Origin: Bacillota bacterium
Lineage (GTDB): Bacteria; Bacillota; JAAYKD01
DNA: 64,000 nucleotides
Assembly: GCA_963666425.2 (NCBI GenBank)
Contig: OY762825.2
Location: forward strand, 1,216,001-1,280,000
Reading direction: 5' to 3'
Shown: one piece after another, positions 19,995 through 29,841 of the stretch
Numbering within the stretch: the stretch's first letter is position 1
Layout: every line of letters starts with the position of its first letter
The notes under the pieces: model-generated
Seen by the model: the letters and a program-made list of their open reading frames with translations, nothing else
Database searches by the model: none
What the model was told of the DNA's origin: nothing
Position numbers and translations under genes: made by a program

Positions 19995-21574
19995 ACCCTT
20001 TTACCTCCTTCTGCCTCGAATAAATTACCATTGCCCAATAAATTCTTAGGGTCAAAGATTTTTTTCAGGGCTGCCATCTCGGCAATATGCTCTGCTCCGT
20101 ACATGGTCAGCAGCATCCTGATTTTTAGTTTGCCTACCCCATGTTCCGCCGCTATCGCGCCGCCCATTTGGCAAACTTCGGCTGCCCATTGCTGATACAA
20201 GGCTTTGCCTTTTAGAAAATCCGCTTCATTGCGAGGCAAGATATTCACATGCAGGTGATTGTTGCCGATGTGACCCCAAACCGCCGACTGCAGCTGATTT
20301 TCCTGTAACCCCTGGCGATAAAGCGCCACCACCGCAGCCAATTGACCATCAGGCACCGACATATCCGTGCCTAACTTGGTGATCATCGGATAATTTTGTT
20401 TGCGGCGGTCGATCAGCATATTGGCGCTTTCCGGAACGGCATGACGGAAGAACTGTAATTGGGTCAGATCCGCTTCCGTTCTGGCAACCCAGGTATCCGC
20501 TTTATTGCCGCCAGATTGCTGCAGGACTGTTCCGATCTGGTGCAGCTGCGCGAAAGCTTCGTCTGCATCCTGACAATGCAATTCCGTGTAAATGCAGTAG
20601 CGATAAGATTCCGGCAGATCCGGCAGGCGGGCGAAGGCGCTGCTCTGGCGCTTTTGTTGCCGCAGCAACTCCAGCGCATCCGCGTCAAAAGCTTCCATGG
20701 CCGCCAGATGCTGCACTTGGCTGCGCAGCCGGATCGTAAATTGAACCGCCAAATCTTCATGCGCAAAAAAACAGCTGACACCCCAAATCAGTTTGGGATG
20801 TTCCATCAGCGCCAGCTCAATTGCCGTGATCACACCTAAAGTTCCGTCTGAACCGATCAGGAGATCGATCGCGTCCATATTATCTTCAATATAATAACCG
20901 GAGGCGCTCTTGGTTGGCGGCATCCGGTAAGTGGGCAGATTCAGTTCCAGAGTCTCCTGATTCGTCAGCGGCAGGGATAAACGACGTCCCCTGGCAAACA
21001 CTTCGCCGCGGCGCAAGGCGATCATGCGGCCGTCGCTCAGCAGCATGCGGATTGCGCTGATGTGATGACGGATCGGACCGTAGAGGAAAGTTCGGGCACC
21101 GGAGGCATTGCAGGCTGTCATACCACCAATCGTAGCCGATGCTTCGGTTGGATCCGGCGCAAAGAATTGCCGCGGAGCTTGGCAAAAGGCTTCATACGCC
21201 TGCGTGGCCGCCGCATCCCAGCCGGAGCTGGCAAATTGCTTTTTATCGATCATTTTTTTGAATTCCGATAAAACCAAACCCGGTTGGACGGTAAAATAAA
21301 ACCGACCCGATTCATCCCGGCGGCAGCCAACCACCTGATTCATCCGACTCAGATTCATCACATGTCCCTGCAAAGGGACAGCAGCGGCAGCCAGACCCGT
21401 ACGGGCTCCCTGGATGGTCAGCGGTGTTGCGTTTTGATTCAGATCCGCTAAAATAGAGATGATTTCCGCTTCACTGACCGGAAAAGAAATACTGTCCGCC
21501 TGACCAACCGTCCGCGATTCATCCCGCAGATATTCTGCATATTGTTCATTCAGGGGTTTCATTAAGCTGTTCAA
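19991..21574 (-). CDS. FAD-binding oxidoreductase (GlcD/D-lactate dehydrogenase-like)
   Basis: PDPTEASATIGG, GSDGTLGVIT, GHIGNNHLH, AEHGVGK, DPKNLLG; TTG start with a GGGAGG RBS. Confidence 0.88.
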   Translation of the reverse strand: MNSLMKPLNEQYAEYLRDESRTVGQADSISFPVSEAEIISILADLNQNATPLTIQGARTGLAAAAVPLQGHVMNLSRMNQVVGCRRDESGRFYFTVQPGLVLSEFKKMIDKKQFASSGWDAAATQAYEAFCQAPRQFFAPDPTEASATIGGMTACNASGARTFLYGPIRHHISAIRMLLSDGRMIALRRGEVFARGRRLSLPLTNQETLELNLPTYRMPPTKSASGYYIEDNMDAIDLLIGSDGTLGVITAIELALMEHPKLIWGVSCFFAHEDLAVQFTIRLRSQVQHLAAMEAFDADALELLRQQKRQSSAFARLPDLPESYRYCIYTELHCQDADEAFAQLHQIGTVLQQSGGNKADTWVARTEADLTQLQFFRHAVPESANMLIDRRKQNYPMITKLGTDMSVPDGQLAAVVALYRQGLQENQLQSAVWGHIGNNHLHVNILPRNEADFLKGKALYQQWAAEVCQMGGAIAAEHGVGKLKIRMLLTMYGAEHIAEMAALKKIFDPKNLLGNGNLFEAEGGKRV

Positions 21575-21687
21575 GAAAAGAACCTCCCAGTCTAAATTGT
21601 GATAGATGAAGATCAGGCCGGAATCGAATCTATCCCGGCCTGATATATTAAAAATTTACCTTATTTTTCAGGACAGGGCACAAAAAA

Positions 21688-23310
21688 CTACGGTGCTTTG
21701 TAAACTACTTTCCCGTCGATCACGGTCAGCAGGACTTTTAAGTCAGCAATTTTCTCCGGAGCAATCTGCAAAATATCATCACTCAAAACCGCAAAGTCTG
21801 CCAATTTACCGGGTTCCAGGCTGCCTATTTTCTGCTCCAAGCCCAAATAATAAGCGCCGTTCTTGATGAACAATTCCAGCATTTCCATCACGCCGATACA
21901 TTCTTCGCTGCCCAACTGCACCCCGCGGGAGGTGCGCCGTGTCACTGCTGCCCGCATGCCCAGAAACGGATTATAATGGGCGGACGTCATATCGGAGTTG
22001 GCGAAAACGCGAATGCCATTATCCAGATAGGTACGCAGCGGGATAAAGCGATTGACCCGTTCTGCTTCTAAATTATGGAAATAAATATCTCCTTCTACAT
22101 AGATAAAGCCGGGCTGCACGGAAACGCCGATGTCACGACGCCGCATAATTTCCAAAGCTTCTTCCGTCGGCAGATAGCCATGAATGATATGGTGCCGACG
22201 AGCCTGTGGCGCGCTGTCCTCGGCCATAATGTGATCAAAGCTGCGGCAGGAAATATCCTGGGCCAAATCGCCGCAGCAATGAATGCCAATCGACCAACCT
22301 GCCCGGTGACCGATGCGGAAATATTCCTCTAAACGGCTGATATCCAGACGCAGCGGAATTTTCGTCTCGCTGCCGTCGATCCAAGGCTCGTTCATCATGG
22401 CTGTCTTGGAACCGACACCGCCGTCGATCGCCATTTTTAAGGCAGCCAGGCGCAGATGATCATCGCCAAATCCCTCAAATACGCCAAGGGTCGGCACCAA
22501 ATTCTGCAAATCTTTACCTTGTGTGGCATAGAGTCCATACCAGGCCGGCATCATGGCGACACGCTGCGGCAATTTGCCGGCATTGCGCATTTTCTGATAG
22601 GCCTTCATTTCCTCCGGACCGACACCCGGATCCATCAAGGAGGTAATACCGTATTTCAGGTACTCTTGGCTGGCCCGCTCGATGGCGGCCATGATTTCAG
22701 CCTGCTTATCGGCAGTCCCGGCATTGCGGGGAATGCAGGCCCGCACCGCGTTTTGCGCACCATTGATCAGATAACCGTTCGGTTCACCATCTTCCCGACA
22801 GACAATGGTTCCTCTCTCGGGTTGGGGGCTGCCTTTTGCAATTCCCGCCGCTTTAAGAGCCAGAGAATTGGCGAGACTGCCGGCAAAAAGGCGATGCAGC
22901 AGGACCGGATGATGCGGAGCCGCCTGATCCAATTCCCAACGGGTGGGCGGCCGATCTTCCTCAAACTGCGATTCAATCCAACCGGCGCCTTCGATCCAGC
23001 TGCCGGCAGGCAAGCTCGCCGCTTTGGCGGCGACCAATGCCAGCAGATCGGCAATCGTTTTGCAATCGAACAACAAAACACCGGCCATGCTGATGCCGGC
23101 TTCCACGATATGGTTATGGGAATCGACAATACCGGGAATAACCGTTTGGCCCTGCAAATCGATGATTTCCACGGAACCGCCCAGATTCTCCAATAATTCC
23201 TGATTGCTGCCGGTCATGCTGATCGTATTGCCGTTGATCAGCATTGCCTGCACGATTTCCCGTTTCTCATTCAGGGTAATGATATTACCGTTATAATATA
23301 GTTTCATCAT
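21688..23310 (-). CDS. Amidohydrolase 3 family (YtcJ-like)
   Basis: PGIVDSHNH, K..IDGG.GS.TA, IHCCGD, HHIIH, GSLEPGKLADF. Confidence 0.9.
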   Translation of the reverse strand: MMKLYYNGNIITLNEKREIVQAMLINGNTISMTGSNQELLENLGGSVEIIDLQGQTVIPGIVDSHNHIVEAGISMAGVLLFDCKTIADLLALVAAKAASLPAGSWIEGAGWIESQFEEDRPPTRWELDQAAPHHPVLLHRLFAGSLANSLALKAAGIAKGSPQPERGTIVCREDGEPNGYLINGAQNAVRACIPRNAGTADKQAEIMAAIERASQEYLKYGITSLMDPGVGPEEMKAYQKMRNAGKLPQRVAMMPAWYGLYATQGKDLQNLVPTLGVFEGFGDDHLRLAALKMAIDGGVGSKTAMMNEPWIDGSETKIPLRLDISRLEEYFRIGHRAGWSIGIHCCGDLAQDISCRSFDHIMAEDSAPQARRHHIIHGYLPTEEALEIMRRRDIGVSVQPGFIYVEGDIYFHNLEAERVNRFIPLRTYLDNGIRVFANSDMTSAHYNPFLGMRAAVTRRTSRGVQLGSEECIGVMEMLELFIKNGAYYLGLEQKIGSLEPGKLADFAVLSDDILQIAPEKIADLKVLLTVIDGKVVYKAP

Positions 23311-23328
23311 TCAGCCTCTCCTCCGCTT

Positions 23329-24168
23329 TCATTTTTTGATGGAACTCTCATCGACTTTTTTCTCGTTCAATATGTTTTCCTGCAGCTTGATTTGAAGCCT
23401 CTCACACTGCGCCCGCACATTCGGTGTCAGGCGGGCAGCCAGATAATCGGCAAATTGCAGATAGAGCAAGAGCCCTGTCTCCACGCGCTGCAGCAAAGGA
23501 AAACCATCGGCCAGGCCAAAGGCCAGCCCCATCATCTCCACCAAGTCTTTCCCTTTGGTTTCTGCCGAATAAGCCAGACACAGTTGCTCGTAAAAATCAT
23601 TCTCACTTTGCAGTAAGACTCCTTTGGCTACCAGCATTAATTTAACCAGACCATAAGTCAAGCCGTAGAGGCCAAGCAGCATTTTGCCATTCTGTTTATC
23701 CTGCACACCTGACATTGCCTTATAGCATTCTTCCTGCCAGCCCAACATTTCACGATTCAGGTAAACATCGGCTTTTTGCTGCATGGCTTCGTCCCAAACA
23801 AAAGCATACGCATCCTGCTGCAGCCGCCGTAAGATTCCTCTTGGATCATATAGAATCTGCATTTGTTGTAAACCAATGATATCATAGACCGCTCGCACCG
23901 GATCAGCAAAGCAGAGACGCAAATTTTTCTCAGCACAGCGATGAATCACCCGATAGACACCGTGATATAAATCGATTTGCGGATCCAGCATCGCTGTGGC
24001 TTGCTCTTGTACCAGACAGATCACGTCCAAATCACTGTATGGTGTAGCGTTTCCCCTGGCATAACTGCCCATTACAGCAATCCCCTCAATCTCAGCGCAG
24101 ATTAAATCGGGCGTCAGGGCATCGATCAGTTCATGGGATAACAAACGGCTCACCTGCCTTTCCTGCAT
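23329..24168 (-). CDS. Nucleotidyltransferase domain protein (Pol-beta fold, KNTase-like)
   Basis: GSYARG...YSDLD motif followed by a helical C-terminal domain. Confidence 0.8.
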   Translation of the reverse strand: MQERQVSRLLSHELIDALTPDLICAEIEGIAVMGSYARGNATPYSDLDVICLVQEQATAMLDPQIDLYHGVYRVIHRCAEKNLRLCFADPVRAVYDIIGLQQMQILYDPRGILRRLQQDAYAFVWDEAMQQKADVYLNREMLGWQEECYKAMSGVQDKQNGKMLLGLYGLTYGLVKLMLVAKGVLLQSENDFYEQLCLAYSAETKGKDLVEMMGLAFGLADGFPLLQRVETGLLLYLQFADYLAARLTPNVRAQCERLQIKLQENILNEKKVDESSIKK

Positions 24169-24281
24169 TCATCTTTGGCTGCTATTCCATTCTATTTCCG
24201 CTGATCGTATTCCTGCCTTACTGCTGCCGCTGTAAAAAACGCTGTGCTTTTGAAAAAAATACTCTGTTCTGGATGGATACC

Positions 24282-24313
24282 TTTAAGACTTATTCAAGCT
24301 TTTATTGTATAAT
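24282..24313 (+). promoter_or_regulatory. CiaR-like direct-repeat box plus -10 element
   Basis: TTTAAG-N5-TTCAAG ending 9 nt upstream of TATAAT, in place of a -35. Confidence 0.6.
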
Positions 24314-24332
24314 CAATAGAGAGGTGATGCAA

Positions 24333-25007
24333 ATGAGAATATTAATTGTGGAAGATGAAGTGCATTTGGTTTCTGCGCTCTCTGAAATTATCAGTAAAAA
24401 AAATTATATTGTCGACAGCGTAACGAATGGACAGGATGGCTTAGACTACGCGTTAAGCGGCGTCTATGATGTCATTTTGTTGGATATTATGCTGCCTAAA
24501 CTGGACGGTTTGAGCCTGCTCAAGCGCCTGCGCACAGCTAAAATTCTCACACCGGTTTTGTTGCTGACCGCCAAGGATCAGATTGCCGATAAAGTCAAAG
24601 GTCTGGATACCGGGGCGGATGATTACCTGACCAAACCCTTCTCCAGTGAAGAATTATTGGCGCGCATTCGGGCGCTGACCCGACGGAAAGGCGAAATTGC
24701 TGACGATTGCTTAAAATTCGCCGATCTGACCCTGAATACAAAAACCTGCCAATTGTGCGGCAGCAGCAACATGATTTCCTTGGGCTTGAAGGAGTATCAG
24801 CTGATGGAACTGCTGCTGATCAACAAAGCACAGATTCTGACCAAAGAAACGATCATCGAGAAAATCTGGGGGTTCGACGGTGATGCGGATTACAACAATG
24901 TAGAAGTCTACATCTCCTTTCTGCGCAAGAAATTGACCTATATCGGCACGGCGGTGCAGATTAAGACGATTCGGGGCATTGGCTATCGATTGGAGGCAGC
25001 GCTATGA
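24333..25007 (+). CDS. OmpR/PhoB family response regulator
   Basis: ILIVEDE, LLDIMLP, GADDYLTKPF, VEVYISFLRKK, TIRGIGY; start ATG 24333 after GAGGTG. Confidence 0.95.
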   Translation: MRILIVEDEVHLVSALSEIISKKNYIVDSVTNGQDGLDYALSGVYDVILLDIMLPKLDGLSLLKRLRTAKILTPVLLLTAKDQIADKVKGLDTGADDYLTKPFSSEELLARIRALTRRKGEIADDCLKFADLTLNTKTCQLCGSSNMISLGLKEYQLMELLLINKAQILTKETIIEKIWGFDGDADYNNVEVYISFLRKKLTYIGTAVQIKTIRGIGYRLEAAL

Positions 25008-26251
25008 TCAAAAAGCTGCGGATCAAATTCATCGCCAGCATCATGCTGATGCTGACCCTGGTCTTGGTGTTAATATTTGCCAGCCTTAATCTCGTGATGA
25101 TTCGCACCGGTGAGCAGCAAACCTTTGCTCTGATGCAAAAAATCGCCGATAATGATGGTCAATTGCAGCAAAAAAAATCGACGCAAGCGCCGGAGTCAAT
25201 TCAGCCGGAGGGGAGTAAACCCGGAAAAATCCCCTTGGAAATACCGGCTATACCCGAATCGCAGACGAATTTTTCTGTCAAACTGGACAGTGAAGGGGTG
25301 ATCCTGGCAGTCATCTCGCAGTTCCCCGACCAAGTAACAGCTGAAGATATCGAACAGCTCGTCGCGGCAGTCCTCGCCGAACCGAAAACCCAAGGAAAAC
25401 TCGCTGCGACTTTTTACCTGATTGAAGCAAAGCCCTATGGCAGCATCATAGTTTTTTCCAACGGGCAGACAGAAGACAACATCATGAGCCGCCTGCTGGA
25501 GATTTCGATCTATGTTGGCTTGATCAGCTTGGTTCCTGTTTTCCTGATCGCCTTTTTTCTGGCCAAATGGGCGGTGAAACCAGTGGAAACTGCCTTTGAA
25601 AAGCAGCGGCGTTTTATTGCAGATGCCTCCCACGAATTGAAGACACCGCTGACCATTATCAATACCAACGCCGATGTGCTGCACAGTGAAATCGGTGATA
25701 ATAAGTGGCTGGGTTACATTCAAAGCGAAGCGCTGCGGATGAGCAAGCTGGTCACCGATTTGCTCTACCTGACCAAATACGACACCCAGGAGAACATCTA
25801 TGAAAACCAGCTTTTCAATCTATCGGAAGCAGTCACCGGCGCTGTGCTGCCTTTTGAAAGCGTATTGTATGAAGCAGGCAAAACACTGACAACCGATATC
25901 GATGCAAATCTGCTCTATCACGGCGATGAAGGAAAATTGAAACAATTGGTGGTCATTCTGCTCGATAACGCGGTGAAGCATTCCCGCCCCAACAGCAGCG
26001 TCACCGTCCGCCTGAAGCAGCAGGAAAACCGATACAAGCTCTCCGTGCATAATTTCGGCGAGGGCATTGAGGAGAGCGAACGGGAACGTATTTTCGAACG
26101 TTTTTACCGGGTCGATACTTCCCGTGCCAGAGACACCGGCGGTTATGGCTTGGGTTTGGCCATTGCGAAAAGCATTGTGGACGGACACAAAGGCCGAATT
26201 CAGATCAACGGTAAAACAGGCGAATGGGTTGAATTTGTCGTAACCCTCTAA
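25004..26251 (+). CDS. Sensor histidine kinase
   Basis: Two TM helices, H-box ASHELKTPL, LLDNAVKH, GGYGLGLAI. Confidence 0.95.
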   Translation: MIKKLRIKFIASIMLMLTLVLVLIFASLNLVMIRTGEQQTFALMQKIADNDGQLQQKKSTQAPESIQPEGSKPGKIPLEIPAIPESQTNFSVKLDSEGVILAVISQFPDQVTAEDIEQLVAAVLAEPKTQGKLAATFYLIEAKPYGSIIVFSNGQTEDNIMSRLLEISIYVGLISLVPVFLIAFFLAKWAVKPVETAFEKQRRFIADASHELKTPLTIINTNADVLHSEIGDNKWLGYIQSEALRMSKLVTDLLYLTKYDTQENIYENQLFNLSEAVTGAVLPFESVLYEAGKTLTTDIDANLLYHGDEGKLKQLVVILLDNAVKHSRPNSSVTVRLKQQENRYKLSVHNFGEGIEESERERIFERFYRVDTSRARDTGGYGLGLAIAKSIVDGHKGRIQINGKTGEWVEFVVTL

Positions 26252-26266
26252 AAAAAGCTCAACGGC

Positions 26267-26312
26267 AAAAAAAAGCGAGGTTGGCAGAATGACTCTGTCA
26301 GCCTCGCTTTTT
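26267..26312. terminator. Bidirectional intrinsic terminator
   Basis: aaaagcgaggttggcaga...tctgtcagcctcgcttttt. Confidence 0.8.
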
Positions 26313-26320
26313 GTCTTGCC

Positions 26321-26821
26321 TCAGATTTTAGTGATCTCCACTTTATAAGGATGCAGCTGATCCCGATTGAAACTGGTGGTAATCAGGCAGCGGCCTTTGC
26401 TGCCCTCCACAATACCCGTCAATAAGCCGTCCTTGCATAATTGCAAGCCCTGCAGTCCGTCGACTGTTCCAACGGCCTCTTCGATGTATTGCAGCAGTTG
26501 GTTGTAGCGTTCGTTATACCGTTTCATGGTATACGTTTTGATTACAGCCGGGATCTCCGCATTGGGAGTTCGGGTCAATTCCAGCACAAATTCGTCTTTC
26601 GCGTGCTTTTGACAATAAGCGGCATAGACTGCGTCTCGGCGGCTTAAGTCGTTTTCACCCATGAAGTCATGTTGTCCGCTGACCAAATCGAGTTCCAGTT
26701 GATGCAATTCGGCAGCTACTTTGAGATACATTTCCTGCTCAGCCTGCTGATAATTCGTAAAAAATTCGATAATGGCCGGAATTCCGGAAAAACAGGCATC
26801 CATGCGCATGGCAATCGGCAT
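26321..26821 (-). CDS. Hypothetical protein
   Basis: 166-aa ORF with an AAAGGAG RBS and an upstream TTGACA/TATAAT promoter. Confidence 0.75.
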   Translation of the reverse strand: MPIAMRMDACFSGIPAIIEFFTNYQQAEQEMYLKVAAELHQLELDLVSGQHDFMGENDLSRRDAVYAAYCQKHAKDEFVLELTRTPNAEIPAVIKTYTMKRYNERYNQLLQYIEEAVGTVDGLQGLQLCKDGLLTGIVEGSKGRCLITTSFNRDQLHPYKVEITKI

Positions 26822-26982
26822 GGCAAAAACTCCTTTCCCTGCAAAATCGGTTTTGACCGTCTGAAGAAAATCTCTGTTTTAATCTTCTTACCAGTTTATT
26901 ATAACATATTTCCTGCTTATGTCAAATTTTTTCTGTTGATTCAGGTTGATTCAGACATTTTCTATGTAAAAGCGAAATGAAC

Positions 26983-28236
26983 TCAGATTTCGTTCACGGT
27001 CGTTTTGTCCTTCTCTCTCAAAATGATCAGATAAATAAAGATTGCTAGGGCGCTGGTGGCAAGTCCAATCAGGAAGCTCAAACGATAACTGCCATAGCGG
27101 TCAAATAAATAGCCCGAAAGGATCGGCGCCAGCGCACTGCCCAGCGAACCGACCGCGGTTAGAAATCCATAAATGGAACTATAGTCTTTCATGCCATATA
27201 ATTCTATGGTGATGGAGGTATTGGCAATGGTGCCATAAGCAGCACCCAAACCGATGCCAAGAATCACTGCGCTCAATGCCAATGGGAATTTTGCAAAAAG
27301 CAGACCGGTCAACCCGATGATCAGAGCGAGGCAGGTGCTGATTAACGCTTTCTTCAAACCCCAACTATCGAACATTTTACCTAAGACCAATTTCCCTACC
27401 GCCAAAGAGCCCATGGTCAAGGCGACCACATTTGCGCTGTATTGTATGGAATAGCCTATATCTGTCAGATGCGGCGCAGTGGTCGTCATCAGTGGGTTTA
27501 AACCAAACATCACTAAAATAGCGCAAAGGTTCAGCAACCAAAACCTCGGTGTTTTCATGGCTTCCTGCATCATCATACCGGATTTTTCCGCCGGAATTTG
27601 GCTTAATTGAACCTCGTTGGCGCCATAAGGCAGCAATCCCATACCTTTGGGATGCAGCTTTACCAGAAAAAAAGTACAGGGGACAATCAGGATCAGCATA
27701 GCCAAAACCAATAATTGATAGGCAACCCGCCAGCCGTAGGCGACAATCCAACCGCCCGTTAGAGCGCTGAACAGCATGCCGCCAATGCCGCTGCCGGTAA
27801 ATGCAATGCCAATGGCCAGATTGCGGTGCTTGACAAACCAATTACTGATAATCAAGGATAAAGGCAAGGTGGAAATCAGAGAAACACAAATCCCGGCCAG
27901 CGCAGTCAAACCGTAGAGCATCAGCAGAGAATTGGTTTTAGAAAATAAATAATAAGTAAGCACCAAGACGAGAGACGCTGCTTGCATCAGTCGTTTGATA
28001 TTGATTTTCGCAAAAATCCTACCCGATAACAAGGAGACAATCATCATAAAGAGTGCACGTAAGGTCATGGTGAAATTCACCTGTGAGCGAGAAAAACCAA
28101 ACTCAGCGCTCACCGGTTTGATAAACAAGCTGGCAGTATTGAATACAATTCCCCAACCAGCCGTCATAATGATAAACCCTGCCAACACGATGACCCAGCC
28201 ATAATGGATTTTATAACGGGTTAACATCTTCTCCAT
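26983..28236 (-). CDS. MFS transporter (OFA/MCT-like)
   Basis: HYGWVIV start, ISNWFVKHRNLAIGIAFTGSGIGG, about 12 TM helices; start ATG 28236. Confidence 0.9.
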   Translation of the reverse strand: MEKMLTRYKIHYGWVIVLAGFIIMTAGWGIVFNTASLFIKPVSAEFGFSRSQVNFTMTLRALFMMIVSLLSGRIFAKINIKRLMQAASLVLVLTYYLFSKTNSLLMLYGLTALAGICVSLISTLPLSLIISNWFVKHRNLAIGIAFTGSGIGGMLFSALTGGWIVAYGWRVAYQLLVLAMLILIVPCTFFLVKLHPKGMGLLPYGANEVQLSQIPAEKSGMMMQEAMKTPRFWLLNLCAILVMFGLNPLMTTTAPHLTDIGYSIQYSANVVALTMGSLAVGKLVLGKMFDSWGLKKALISTCLALIIGLTGLLFAKFPLALSAVILGIGLGAAYGTIANTSITIELYGMKDYSSIYGFLTAVGSLGSALAPILSGYLFDRYGSYRLSFLIGLATSALAIFIYLIILREKDKTTVNEI

Positions 28237-28459
28237 TGTTTCAGCCACCTCCGTTTTTTGAACCTGAAGCCGTCAAATTGAGGCACAATTACAACAAGCC
28301 AAGCTTATTTTTTTCCAGTAGTCTTCTTTGGAGAGCGGCTGATACGAGGGGAAAGTCACTCCGTTATCCAGACAGCAAATGAAATGAACTCATTTTGATA
28401 ATATTCCACTCTGCAAATATGTTCCCCTCTATTCCACAGCGGTTTGCTTGTGCCATAAT

Positions 28460-28505
28460 AAAACGAGCTTTCAAAGTTAAATTTTCCACTTTGAAAGCTC
28501 GTTTT
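28460..28505. repeat. Hairpin repeat family, copy 1 (AAAACGAGCTTTC...GAAAGCTCGTTTT), likely a terminator
   Basis: 18-bp perfect stem; stem sequence shared with copies at 37948 and 42027. Confidence 0.75.
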
Positions 28506-28534
28506 AAATATTTTCAGTTTAATTTCAGCTCGTT

Positions 28535-29530
28535 TTAAGCCGGCACCACTTCATCGACGAGCGGCTCCCCTTTGGCGAAACGCACAGCATTTTCCACCAC
28601 TTCAACCAGTTCTTTTCTCTTTCCTTCAAAACTCATGTCTGCAGCATGCGGTGTGATGACAATGTTGTCCAGCGCAAACAATTCTTTGAGTAGCGCCTGA
28701 TCCAAGCCACCGGTCGCTCTGACTTCCAGTTCGTGCTCCAGAACATCAATGCCGGCGCCCCAAATGATCCCCTCTTTCAGGGCAGTCAGCAAATCTTGAT
28801 CCACTGCAACTTTTCCTCTGGAAATATTGATATAGATCGCAGTCGGCTTCATCATTTTAAATTTTTCCAGATTCATGAAGGCTGTTGTTTCAGATGATAG
28901 CGGCATATTGGTAGTAACAAAATCAGAAGTCTGCAGCAAGGTTTCCAAATCGACATAGACTGCGCCGCATTCTGTCTCAAACCCTAAATCTCTTTTTCTA
29001 TTATGATAAAGCACCGTCATTTGAAAACCACTTAGTTTTCGGGCAATATCCTGACCAATGTTGCCTGCCCCAATGATACCCAAGGTTTTTCCGGTCAAGT
29101 CCAACCCCAGTCTGCCGCCGTCCCCATGCTGCCATTGCCCGGTTTTGGCTCGCCGATTGCGTGCCGGGATCATTTTTGCCACAGCCAGCATCATGGCGAT
29201 GGCATGTTCGGAACAGACATCCCGCTTTGCCCAACCGTTATTTGAAAAGCGGATGCCACGTTCTCTGGCATAGGCAACATCGAAGCCGTCGAAACCGGCT
29301 GAAGTGCTGGAAATATATTTCAGTGTCGGCAGCTGATCCATAACTGTTTTCGTAAAGCGACCGGTGCCACTGATCACAACATCGATCCCCGTCAGCAATT
29401 TGACAAATGCGTCTCCCTGCGGCGGTGTTTCGGTCTCCTGCACTTCATGACAGACAATATCATAATAGGGTTCCAGTTGGTCCAGATACTGTTGATCCAG
29501 TTTCTTCTCAATGTATAATTTCATTTTCAT
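28535..29530 (-). CDS. D-isomer-specific 2-hydroxyacid dehydrogenase (glyoxylate reductase-like)
   Basis: GKTLGIIGAGNIG, NISRG, GAGIDVLE.E, TPHAA. Confidence 0.92.
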   Translation of the reverse strand: MKMKLYIEKKLDQQYLDQLEPYYDIVCHEVQETETPPQGDAFVKLLTGIDVVISGTGRFTKTVMDQLPTLKYISSTSAGFDGFDVAYARERGIRFSNNGWAKRDVCSEHAIAMMLAVAKMIPARNRRAKTGQWQHGDGGRLGLDLTGKTLGIIGAGNIGQDIARKLSGFQMTVLYHNRKRDLGFETECGAVYVDLETLLQTSDFVTTNMPLSSETTAFMNLEKFKMMKPTAIYINISRGKVAVDQDLLTALKEGIIWGAGIDVLEHELEVRATGGLDQALLKELFALDNIVITPHAADMSFEGKRKELVEVVENAVRFAKGEPLVDEVVPA

Positions 29531-29841
29531 CGCAATTCCTCCTTGCTCATTCTCCAGCGAACTTCAGCCCCTTCTGCCGGCGTGAGGCAATACCCTGACG
29601 ATAAAACTGTATTCAAGACAAAATTCGCTGCTGGCTGCGAAACACCTGCCCGTCTCGCAAAGATAGGGTTCTTTTATGAAAACCTAATGGATCTATCTCA
29701 GCATGAACCGCAAGGGTAACTGAAAGGGCTCGCTGCCTGTTCTAAACAGACAACAAGCCCCTAGCGCTGTATCGTTTCTTGATTAATCGAACCCTTGACG
29801 ATGATTCAGCTCAATACCGCTTAATCCCGGACGTGCGTTTG

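Noticed and set aside
29640-29770. TPP riboswitch-like words (GCTAGGGG...CTGAGA) on the minus strand, and ACCTGCC (cobalamin-like) on the plus strand
   Set aside because: The remaining conserved cores (TPP: AACCTGA, TAAT..C, GCG.AGG; B12: AGGGAA, GCCACTG) are absent or out of order.
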